32,000 nt of DNA from Nitratidesulfovibrio vulgaris str. Hildenborough (GTDB taxonomy: Bacteria > Desulfobacterota > Desulfovibrionia > Desulfovibrionales > Desulfovibrionaceae): contig NC_002937.3 of assembly GCF_000195755.1 (NCBI RefSeq), positions 330,001 through 362,000 of the forward strand, given 5' to 3'. A program made the translations under genes and the position numbers. This document shows positions 15,642-23,328 of the stretch, piece after piece. The notes beneath the pieces are model-generated. The model worked only from the letters and a program-made list of their open reading frames with translations, had not been told where the DNA came from and ran no database searches. Positions within the stretch are counted from its first letter, which is position 1. The number at the start of each line of letters is the position of its first letter.

Positions 15642-17687
15642 CTAGATGCCGTTGTAGCACACCCGGTCGTCGTACTCGACCTGCTTGCCCTTGTTCCATT
15701 GCGAAACGGGGCGGTAGTACCCCACGATGCGGGTATACACCTCGGCATCCTGCCCGCAGGAGGGGCACTGGTGGTGTTCGCCCTGCAGGTAGCCGTGGTC
15801 CTTGCAGATGGAGAAGGTGGGGGTGATGGAGAGATACGGTATCTTGGTGCGCGTGAACGCCTTGACGATGAAGTTGCGAATGGCGGCAGGGTCTGCCACG
15901 GCTTCACCGAGATAGGTGTGGAACACCGTGCCACCGGTATAGAGCGGTTGCAGCCTGTTCTGATGTTCCAGCGCGTTGAACACGTCTTCGGTGAGGCCCA
16001 CGGGCAGCGCCGTGGAGTTGGTGTAGTAGGGCGTGCCGTTGCCCGAGGCGCGAATCTCGCTGTAGAGGGTCTTGTCTATCTTGGCGAGACGGTAGCTGGT
16101 GCCTTCGGCAGGTGTGGCTTCGAGGTTGTAGAGGTTGCCCGTCTCTTCCTGGAAGCGCGTGGTGACCTCGCGCAGGTGGTTCAAGGTGCGCTGCATGAGT
16201 CGCACGCCCGCCTCGCTGTCGATGCCCTTGCCAAGAAGGTTCATGCACGCCTCGTGTCCACCCACGAGACCGATGGTGGAGAAGTGCCCTCTGAAGCCGT
16301 TCTTGAGGTAGCGGCGCGACCACGGGAACATGCCCCGGTCGAGGTTCTCGGTGATGAGCTTGCGCTTGAATTCGAGGGAATCCTTGGCGATTTCGGCGTA
16401 TTCGGCGACGAGGTCGAGGAAGTCCTCCTCGCCCTGTGCGAGGTAGGCGAGTTTGGGCAGATTGAGCGTCACCACGCCGATGGAACCGGTGAGGTCGCCC
16501 GCCCCGAAGAGTCCGCCGACCTTGTTGCGCAATTCGCGCAGGTCCATCTGCAGGCGGCAGCACATGGAACGCACGTCTTCGGGGTTGAGGTCGGAATTGA
16601 TGAAGTTCTGGAAGTACGGAACGCCGTAGCGCGCGGTGAGCTTGAGCAGCAGGTCGCCAATCTCCGACTCCCACGGGAAGTCGGTGGTGACGTTGTACGT
16701 CGGGATGGGGAACGAGAAGATGCGTCCGTTATGGTCGCCATCGAGCATGACCTCGATGAAGGCGCGGTTGAGCATCTCCATCTCGGGCGCATAGTCGCCG
16801 TAGGTGGCGTCCTGATAGGCGCCACCGATGATGACAGGCTCGTTGGCGATGTGCTTGGGCGGAACGAGGTCGAAGGAAAGATTGGTGAACGGACTCTGCC
16901 CGCCCCATCGCGAGGTCGTGTTCAGGTTGAACACGAACTTCTGCATCGCCTGACGCACCTGCTTGTAGGTGAGCCCGTCGTTGCGGACGAAGGGGGCGAG
17001 ATAGGTGTCGACGTTGTTGAACGCCTGTGCCCCGGCCCACTCGTTCTGAAGCGTGCCGAGGAAGTTGATCATCTGGCCCAGCGCGGTGTCGAGGTGCTTC
17101 GCAGGGCCCGCGCTCGAGCGGTTCTCGAGGTTGAACCCCTCCAGCAACAGGTCGCGCAGGCTCCACCCGGCGCAGTATCCCGCAAGGCCGAACGACAGGT
17201 CGTGGATGTGGAAGTAGCCGTGTTCGTGCGCCTGCCTGACCTCTTCGGGGTACTTGTCGAGGGCGTACTTGGCTTGCAGCGTCCCGGAAAGGTGCAGCAT
17301 CAGGCCCTGGAACGAGTGCGTCATGTTGGCGTTCTCGTTCACACGCCAGTCGGCCTTCGAAAGGTAGGTCTCGATGGTCTCGGTGATGTCGAGGAAGGCG
17401 GCCTTGTGCTCGCGCAGTTCGCGGCGTTTCTCGCGATAGACGATATAGCGACGGGCCACGGCGTACAGGCGCGATTCCATCAGCACCTGTTCGACGTTGT
17501 CCTGCACCTGTTCCTGTTCGGGTATCTCCACGTCGTGGAGTTTGGCCTCGACCTTGCGCGCAAGGCGCTTAGAGAGCAGTGGGTCCTTGATGCCGTTGGC
17601 CTTCAGCGCCTTGAGAATGGCTTCCGCTATGCGGTCGGTCGACCACGTTTCCAGACGCCCGTCGCGTTTGCGAATCTGCTTCGGCAT
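15642..17687 (-). CDS. nrdD: Anaerobic (class III) ribonucleoside-triphosphate reductase
   Basis: The ATG at 17687 has GGAGGG upstream. It has an N-terminal ATP-cone (MPKQIRKRDGRLETWSTDRIAEAILKA). The C-terminus carries a Zn ribbon and the glycyl-radical motif: CPSCGQDAEVYTRIVGYYRPVSQWNKGK. Confidence 0.95.
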   Translation of the reverse strand: MPKQIRKRDGRLETWSTDRIAEAILKALKANGIKDPLLSKRLARKVEAKLHDVEIPEQEQVQDNVEQVLMESRLYAVARRYIVYREKRRELREHKAAFLDITETIETYLSKADWRVNENANMTHSFQGLMLHLSGTLQAKYALDKYPEEVRQAHEHGYFHIHDLSFGLAGYCAGWSLRDLLLEGFNLENRSSAGPAKHLDTALGQMINFLGTLQNEWAGAQAFNNVDTYLAPFVRNDGLTYKQVRQAMQKFVFNLNTTSRWGGQSPFTNLSFDLVPPKHIANEPVIIGGAYQDATYGDYAPEMEMLNRAFIEVMLDGDHNGRIFSFPIPTYNVTTDFPWESEIGDLLLKLTARYGVPYFQNFINSDLNPEDVRSMCCRLQMDLRELRNKVGGLFGAGDLTGSIGVVTLNLPKLAYLAQGEEDFLDLVAEYAEIAKDSLEFKRKLITENLDRGMFPWSRRYLKNGFRGHFSTIGLVGGHEACMNLLGKGIDSEAGVRLMQRTLNHLREVTTRFQEETGNLYNLEATPAEGTSYRLAKIDKTLYSEIRASGNGTPYYTNSTALPVGLTEDVFNALEHQNRLQPLYTGGTVFHTYLGEAVADPAAIRNFIVKAFTRTKIPYLSITPTFSICKDHGYLQGEHHQCPSCGQDAEVYTRIVGYYRPVSQWNKGKQVEYDDRVCYNGI

Positions 17688-18306
17688 GTTGAGCCCTCCG
17701 GGGGGGTACGAAGTCCTGAATCTTGAGCGTGAAGCCCTTCGGCAGGTAGGTTCTCGCCTCGGCCACGTCCGCATCGGCGAGGATGGGGACACGTGTCATG
17801 CGGAACATGAAGGCCTCGGGGAATTCACGCGCCAGAGTGAAGACGCGCTCGAGCGATGTCTGTGCCTCTTCGGGGCTGGTGGTCCCGCCAGACAGACGCG
17901 GATACAGCCGCCACGGGCCCTTCACGTCGATGGAGAAGGCGTCGGCGAGACCTTCGCGCAGAAGGCTTTCGAGCACATCAGGGCATAGCCCGTTGGAGTC
18001 TATCTTCAGCGGCAGGCCATAGGCCTTGAGGTCGGCCGCCAAAGCTGCGAGGCCGGATACGCGCGTCGCCTCCCCCCCGGTGATGACGATACCGTCAAGC
18101 CAGGTACGGCGCGCATTGAGGTAGGCTTCAATGTCCTTGCGGGCAAGCACGGGCAGCTTCTCCGCTTCCCATGCCAGTTGCCAGTTGTGGCAGGTGGGGC
18201 AGCGCATGTTGCAGCCGCCAAGAAAGATGACGCAGGAACTTCTGCCCGGCCAGTCGCACAGGCTGAGACGTTCGAAACCGTGAATGTGATGCCACGCGGA
18301 AGACAT
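17569..18306 (-). CDS. nrdG: Anaerobic ribonucleotide reductase activating protein (radical SAM)
   Basis: The sequence reads MSSAWHHIHGFERLSLCDWPGRSSCVIFLGGCNMRCPTCHN (CxxxCxxC) and continues ...GIVITGGE...KIDSNG. The last 39 codons run out of frame inside nrdD, so the true 3' end is uncertain. Confidence 0.85.
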   Translation of the reverse strand: MSSAWHHIHGFERLSLCDWPGRSSCVIFLGGCNMRCPTCHNWQLAWEAEKLPVLARKDIEAYLNARRTWLDGIVITGGEATRVSGLAALAADLKAYGLPLKIDSNGLCPDVLESLLREGLADAFSIDVKGPWRLYPRLSGGTTSPEEAQTSLERVFTLAREFPEAFMFRMTRVPILADADVAEARTYLPKGFTLKIQDFVPPRRAQHAEADSQTRRASGNVVDRPHSGSHSQGAEGQRHQGPTAL

Positions 18307-18781
18307 GATGGATGACGAAGACCTGTGGGTGCAGTGTGCAGGCCCGCCACAGGGGCGCGGACCATTGATTTATGAATATTCTGGGGGTCGCAAGAAAGTC
18401 TAGGAAATTTGTAACCGCCCGTTACGATGTACACCGGAACCTACTCCAGCGTAGGGGCTTTGTATAGTGGCCTAGAGAAAAAAAGCGGGTATCCCTTTTC
18501 TGGATAATTTTTTATAACAGTATGTTGAAAATACAATCAGGCGGTTGCATCGCAACATTTCTGCCGGAGGTGGGCTCCTCCACATGTGCAAGAGAGCATG
18601 ATTCGGGCGCAACAGAAGCACTGGCGCGGGTTTCTGGGGGGATGGCTGCGTATGGTATCGTTTGTGTCAGTGATTCTGGAGTGTTGAGGTGTGAAGTGGC
18701 GTTTTTGTCCACCGCTTGATCGATTTATCTATTTTTTCGGGGTGTCCGTCTGGGGTGTTCACGGTGTTTCCCCTCCGGACG

Positions 18782-18814
18782 CAAAAGCAGGCGGTACGTT
18801 GCGTACCGCCTGCT
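18782..18814 (-). terminator. Rho-independent terminator after cheX
   Basis: On the minus strand a 13-bp stem, agcaggcggtacg / cgtaccgcctgct, is followed by tttt. Confidence 0.8.
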
Positions 18815-18840
18815 GGTGTCTGCCAAAGGGGAGGTGAAGC

Positions 18841-19308
18841 CTACTCGAAGCAGAATTCCACCGTGAACTCACCATGGTTGGTCAGGAAGGGGATGGCCAT
18901 GATGGGACTCTTGGTCACGTGGCTGATGGTGTGCCCGTCGCCCATGATGACCGAAGGTGTGGACCCCTGAAAGACCATGCCCATTTCGGCGAGACCGGCG
19001 CGTGCCTGCCCGGAAATCATGTTGGTAACTTCGCCGACGGCGTCCTTGGTGTCCTGGAGGATATCCTGAATATCGTCTCCCAGCATCCCCTTCACAAGCG
19101 CGATGGCGCATGACTTGGTGAAGGTGACGGAGATGCTGCCGTTCTTGTGCCCGGTGATGCCGATGACGGCCGAGACGTCGCCCTTCGCCACGTTGTTCTT
19201 CTTGACGTAGGGCTTGCCGGGTTGCGGCTGTATGCCTGCCATGGTGGACAGGACGTTGACGGTCGCCGCAATGAAGGGCTTGGCGACTTCTATGCCGTTG
19301 ACGCTCAT
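18841..19308 (-). CDS. cheX: CheX-family chemotaxis (CheY-P phosphatase-like) protein
   Basis: The ATG at 19308 has GAGGAGG upstream. The sequence reads MSVNGIEVAKPFIAATVNVLSTMAGIQP...DVSAVIGITGHKNGSISVTF...AVGEVTNMISGQA. Confidence 0.85.
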   Translation of the reverse strand: MSVNGIEVAKPFIAATVNVLSTMAGIQPQPGKPYVKKNNVAKGDVSAVIGITGHKNGSISVTFTKSCAIALVKGMLGDDIQDILQDTKDAVGEVTNMISGQARAGLAEMGMVFQGSTPSVIMGDGHTISHVTKSPIMAIPFLTNHGEFTVEFCFE

Positions 19309-19655
19309 GGATTCCTCCTCGGGGACACGTGCCACATGGCACAGTGCCGTGTCTTCCGAAGATACGACAAGAGCGCGTATCCGTCCAGTCCGGCGAGGTT
19401 GCCTCCCCCTCTTCACAGGCCTCTGCCGCGGGCACGGAGAGGGGAGGGCGGCAAGTGTCCAGCCCCGTGTTCAGGCCATATCGGGAGTCGTGCGTTGCCG
19501 CATCCCGTTCTCATCTCTGCCCCCTGTCGATGGTGACGGGGGAGGGAGGCCGGTTGACTCGGGTCGCGAGTCCTTGTCCCGTCCTCGACCGCTGCCGGGA
19601 GGACGTCCTGCGCAGCAGGCAGCCTTTGCCGTTCCGGTGGACTGCGGTGGCGATG

Positions 19656-19973
19656 CTACTGCGGGCCGGGTGCTGCGCTCACGGCTATGATGTTGTCACG
19701 TATGGATGCGTGCAGGCGGGTCTCTCCGCCCCATCTGGCTTCTGCCTCGGCAAGGGCGGTCTCGAAGGCCAGCCTCGCGTCTTCGGTACGTCCTGAAAGG
19801 GCCAGAATCAGCCCGAGGTTGTTGCGCAGTTTGGGAATGAAGCCTTCAAGACCCATTCCCTGTGCCTGACGCAGGGCCTGATGCAGCAGGAACGAAGCAT
19901 TTGCGAGGTCGCCCATGGCACAGGCTCTCATGCCCTGCCTGTTGAGGGCACCTATCTGGCTGGCGGCGCACAT
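19656..19973 (-). CDS. Small TPR-like protein, 105 aa
   Basis: AAGGAG lies upstream of the ATG at 19973. TPR-like helices include ACAMGDLANASFLLHQALRQAQ and NNLGLILALSGRTEDARLAFETAL. Confidence 0.65.
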   Translation of the reverse strand: MCAASQIGALNRQGMRACAMGDLANASFLLHQALRQAQGMGLEGFIPKLRNNLGLILALSGRTEDARLAFETALAEAEARWGGETRLHASIRDNIIAVSAAPGPQ

Positions 19974-20003
19974 GGCGTCTCCTTCGGGATTCTGGTTGCA
20001 GGA

Positions 20004-20285
20004 TTAGGCGTTGAAGCCGTCGAGCGCCTGACGCAGGGTGGACACGCCGCACGAGTGGAGCATCTGCACAGGGATGTCGTTGGCCTTGGCGTACGACATC
20101 ACCTCGCGGCGCGCCGCGTGCGAGACCTTGTTCGTGAACACGATGACGAGTTTCGAGTTGCCGACCTTGTCTGCGATGCGGTTCTCCTTTCCGGTGAACA
20201 CCTTGAGGTCCACACCACTGTTCCGTGCAGTGTTGATGTAGTCACGCTTCAGACGGTCCATGCCACCTATGAGGGTCGCGCACAT
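20004..20285 (-). CDS. DUF2325-domain protein, 93 aa
   Basis: AAGGAG lies upstream of the ATG at 20285. The sequence ...LIGGMDRLKRDY...VFTG...NSKLVIVFTNKVSHAARREVMSYAKANDIPV fits the DUF2325 pattern as I recall it. Confidence 0.65.
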   Translation of the reverse strand: MCATLIGGMDRLKRDYINTARNSGVDLKVFTGKENRIADKVGNSKLVIVFTNKVSHAARREVMSYAKANDIPVQMLHSCGVSTLRQALDGFNA

Positions 20286-20312
20286 GACGGGCTCCTTGGT
20301 TTGTATGGAACC

Positions 20313-20341
20313 CTTTTATTGAAAACGAAAATCAATGTCAA
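20313..20341 (-). promoter_or_regulatory. Sigma-70-like promoter candidate for the DUF2325-TPR(-cheX) unit
   Basis: On the minus strand it reads TTGACA-N17-TAAAAG, in an AT-rich patch just downstream of the ferredoxin terminator. Confidence 0.4.
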
Positions 20342-20352
20342 CACGGAGTGAC

Positions 20353-20378
20353 AAAAAAGGCCGGACAAGTCCCGGCCT
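20353..20378 (-). terminator. Rho-independent terminator after the ferredoxin gene
   Basis: On the minus strand the hairpin is aggccgg-gacttgt-ccggcct, followed by ttttt. Confidence 0.7.
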
Positions 20379-20414
20379 CTTGGTGTTCTTTCTCGTAAAC
20401 CGCTACCGTGAAAG

Positions 20415-20609
20415 CTATTCTTCCTGCCATGAAATACATTCCACAGGGCAGGTGCTGATGGCATCCTCGACACACTCGGCTTTGGAGTAGGGGGCGATGA
20501 CCTCGGCGTATTCGCCTTCGCTGGACATCCTGAACGCCTCGGGGCAAAGTTCGACGCATGATTCGCAGGCCATGCACTCCTGTTGGTCTATGTACAGACG
20601 CTTTCCCAT
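20415..20609 (-). CDS. fdx: Small single-cluster ferredoxin (Desulfovibrio ferredoxin I/II type)
   Basis: The sequence reads [26 protein letters not shown]...[21 protein letters not shown], which follows the CxxCxxC...CP pattern. Confidence 0.9.
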   Translation of the reverse strand: MGKRLYIDQQECMACESCVELCPEAFRMSSEGEYAEVIAPYSKAECVEDAISTCPVECISWQEE

Positions 20610-20693
20610 ACGCTACCTCCATAACGGTATACTTGGTTGCTGCAACATAACACGCCGCGCGGGTCTGTGCCAGCGCGGAAACGATAGAGGCGG

Positions 20694-21320
20694 ATGTCAG
20701 GGATGACTGTTGACGCGAAAAAGGTGCGCGAACATTTCGCACGGGCAAGGGCCTACTATCAGCGACGCGATGCCGTGAGGGCCTTGGCTGCGGCCTGTCT
20801 CGGGGTGCAGGGCATGGCTTCGGCCCCGCTGTCCGGGGTCGGTCTCGTCGAGGCGCAGGGTGCGTTGCGCGAGGTGTTGCAGCTCTTTTCGAGGGATGCG
20901 GCCATGCGGGCTGCCGCCGCAGACCTTGCCCCGCAGGGGTTCGCCTACCAGCGTGGCGGAGAGAAGGCGCTGTTGGCAGTGCTTCGCATCGTCCACGATG
21001 AACTTGATGCCGCGGGGTCTCGCGAAAGCTACGAAGATGCGCTGGCACGCAAGCAGCGCATCGACGCTGCGTTGTTGCAAGGGATGCGCCTGCTTCAGCA
21101 GAACAAGGTGTCGGAGGCGGATGCCAGCTTTGCCGTGGCGGTGCAGAACTACCGCGACGAGCACAGGCTCTTTCTGTGCGTGGGGCGGCTTCTCGTGGAT
21201 GCGGGGGAAGTGCGGCGCGCCATCCCCTACCTCAAGCGGGGCATGGAGGTCGACCCTGCCGACGAGACCATGGCGGGGCTTCTGGCCGAGGCCATGCGCA
21301 GACGCGACGGGGCCGCCTGA
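20694..21320 (+). CDS. Hypothetical helical (TPR-like) protein, 208 aa
   Basis: GAGG lies 4 nt upstream of the ATG at 20694. GC3-rich codons favour this strand over the antisense ORF 20697..21389. I recognise no family motif. Confidence 0.55.
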   Translation: MSGMTVDAKKVREHFARARAYYQRRDAVRALAAACLGVQGMASAPLSGVGLVEAQGALREVLQLFSRDAAMRAAAADLAPQGFAYQRGGEKALLAVLRIVHDELDAAGSRESYEDALARKQRIDAALLQGMRLLQQNKVSEADASFAVAVQNYRDEHRLFLCVGRLLVDAGEVRRAIPYLKRGMEVDPADETMAGLLAEAMRRRDGAA

Positions 21321-21383
21321 CGCGCGTTCCTTCTCTTCCCCCCATCGAGTGACCGGGCGTCGCACCGGCGGCATCCTCTGTTC

Positions 21384-21399
21384 TGGCACGGCTCGTGCT
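21384..21399 (+). promoter_or_regulatory. Sigma-54 promoter candidate for the FlgE-like gene
   Basis: The sequence is TGGCACGGCTCGTGCT (TGGCAC-N5-GTGCT, correct spacing). It ends 42 nt upstream of the ATG at 21441. Confidence 0.6.
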
Positions 21400-21440
21400 T
21401 TGCGTCAGGTGGCGGAATATTCTGCCGAGGAGCCACGACC

Positions 21441-22937
21441 ATGATGCACGGACTCTACACGGGCGCCACGGGCATGAGGACGCAGGCCGAAGGTATGAAC
21501 GTGGTGGGTAACAACCTCGCCAACGTGAACACCATCGGCTTCAAGCAGTCCATGATGCTGTATCAGGACCTGATGAGCCAGACGGAACCCACGGGCAGTG
21601 CCTATGTCTCCGGCATATCGCAGGTGGGACTCGGTGCCCGGGTGGGCGACGTGCGCGTGCTGCGTTCGCAGGGGGCCTTGCTTGCCGGGTCGGACACCAC
21701 GGACTTCGCCATATCGGGCAAAGGCTTCTTTCAGGTGACCAGCGGGCAGGACACCCACTACACCCGCGCAGGCAACTTCCGCTTCAACAAGGACGGGCAA
21801 CTGGTCGACCCCAACGGGTTCAACCTGATGGGCCACGCCATCACCGGTGAAACCGAAGGCCCGCTGGCAGCCGTGACGCTGGTGAAGGATGCGGACGGGC
21901 GTCTTTCCATGCCCGCCAAGGCGACAGGGGGCATGACCTCTGTCTTCAACCTCGGTTTCGACAAGGATGCCAGCAGCAGCACCGCCAATCCGTTCTTCGG
22001 GATGCTCGAGGCATGGGACGGCACCGCTACGCCGCCGCTTGGCGACAATGCGGCAGGCTACACCCAGACCATGCGCGTCTATGACGCTGCGGGCGACACC
22101 CACGAACTCACCATCCGTTTCGACAATGCCACCACCGCGGGCGGCAAGCGATACGTGGAGTTTCTCGTCACCATGCCTCCCGGCGAGGACGGCGGTGCGG
22201 CGGCGGGTAGCGCGGGTGCGGGGCTGCTCATGTCCGGGACGTTGCAATTCGGGTCGTCAGGGCAGTTGCAGGACATCATGGCCTTCACGCCATCAGGCGG
22301 CGACCCCAAGGACCTCGCCAACTGGGTGCCCGCCACGCTGGACGCCTCTGGCAGGCCGCAGTTCAACGCCACCTTCGCGCAAGGCGGGGCGCAGACAGTG
22401 GGCCTCGACCTTGGCATCACCACCACCGCATGGAACAATGCACCCGCTTCGGCGGCGGGGGTGGGCCTCGACCCGACGCTTCTTGGCGGGGCCACCACGC
22501 CCAAACTGGCTGCCACGTCGACCACCGCCTACAAGGGAAGTTCGTCGTCGACCTACATGAAGCAGGACGGCTATGCGGAAGGCGTACTCATGAACCTTGA
22601 GGTGGCAACGGATGGCATCGTCAGCGGCAAGTACAGCAACGGTCAGTCGCAGTCGCTGTTCCGCGTGCCCATCTTCCGCTTCACCAGCGAGGACGGGTTG
22701 CGAAGCGAGGGCATGAACCACTACTCCGCCACCACGGAGTCTGGTGCGGCACAGGAAGGCAAGGCCGACACAGAGAATTACGGCAAGCTCATGGGCAAGT
22801 CGCTTGAGCAGTCCAACGTGGACATGGCCCGCGAGATGGTGAACATGATCGTCACCCAGCGCGGATTCCAGACCAACAGCAAGGTGGTCACCACGGCGGA
22901 CACCATGATTCAGAAGGCGCTGGAACTCAAGCGCTGA
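21441..22937 (+). CDS. flgE: Flagellar hook-family protein (FlgE-like; could be annotated as rod/hook protein)
   Basis: The N-terminus is LYTGATGMRTQAEGMNVVGNNLANVNTIGFK. The C-terminus is LEQSNVDMAREMVNMIVTQRGFQTNSKVVTTADTMIQKALELKR. The 498-aa length and large Gly/Ala/Thr-rich central domain are hook-like rather than rod-like. Confidence 0.8.
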   Translation: MMHGLYTGATGMRTQAEGMNVVGNNLANVNTIGFKQSMMLYQDLMSQTEPTGSAYVSGISQVGLGARVGDVRVLRSQGALLAGSDTTDFAISGKGFFQVTSGQDTHYTRAGNFRFNKDGQLVDPNGFNLMGHAITGETEGPLAAVTLVKDADGRLSMPAKATGGMTSVFNLGFDKDASSSTANPFFGMLEAWDGTATPPLGDNAAGYTQTMRVYDAAGDTHELTIRFDNATTAGGKRYVEFLVTMPPGEDGGAAAGSAGAGLLMSGTLQFGSSGQLQDIMAFTPSGGDPKDLANWVPATLDASGRPQFNATFAQGGAQTVGLDLGITTTAWNNAPASAAGVGLDPTLLGGATTPKLAATSTTAYKGSSSSTYMKQDGYAEGVLMNLEVATDGIVSGKYSNGQSQSLFRVPIFRFTSEDGLRSEGMNHYSATTESGAAQEGKADTENYGKLMGKSLEQSNVDMAREMVNMIVTQRGFQTNSKVVTTADTMIQKALELKR

Positions 22938-22987
22938 TGCGTGTCGTGCCACTGCGGGGACGTCCCACGGTTGGCAGGCATCATGAG

Positions 22988-23024
22988 GGGCTGCCCGCTG
23001 GACGGGCGGCCCTTTGTCTTTGTT
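22988..23024 (+). terminator. Rho-independent terminator of the FlgE-like gene
   Basis: The hairpin is gggctgcccg-ctgga-cgggcggccc (one G.U pair), followed by tttgtctttgtt. Confidence 0.75.
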
Positions 23025-23328
23025 GCCGGGGCACGGGCAAGGCGGGGGTTCGGGGCGTCTTGCAGCGTGTGAGCAGCTTTATCCACGTTGGCGGGACAGT
23101 GTGTGCGGTGCATTCCGGGCGTCATTTGCCGGGGCGTCATTATCGGGCGGAGTGGTCGCGAAGGCTCGCGATTCGGCTGCCCTGTCTTCTGCCTGCCTGC
23201 ATCTTCCCCGCTGTTCTCTGTTGCCAGCCCAGAAGGGGCCGCACCTTATTGGCGCGACCCCTTCGGTATGGAATGGCCCGGAGGGGCCTTGTGCGGCCCG
23301 CAGGGCTATTGCGGGCGCGGGCGTTGCG

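Noticed and set aside
15699-17726. 675-aa ORF on the + strand
   Set aside because: It lies exactly antisense to nrdD, which has unmistakable class III RNR motifs. The product is Gly/Val/Arg/Ala-rich with no motifs, so it is a typical high-GC shadow ORF.
18455-18470. NrdR-box-like sequence (minus strand CCACTATACAAAGCCC) upstream of nrdG
   Set aside because: Only about 10 of 16 positions match the ACACWATATATWGTGT consensus; the left half is good and the right half poor. I found no second box at the usual ~31-32-bp phasing.
18512-18712. 66-aa GTG-initiated ORF on the - strand in the nrdG upstream region
   Set aside because: Its A-ending codons are atypical for this genome. There is no SD, and it lies in what looks like promoter/leader DNA.
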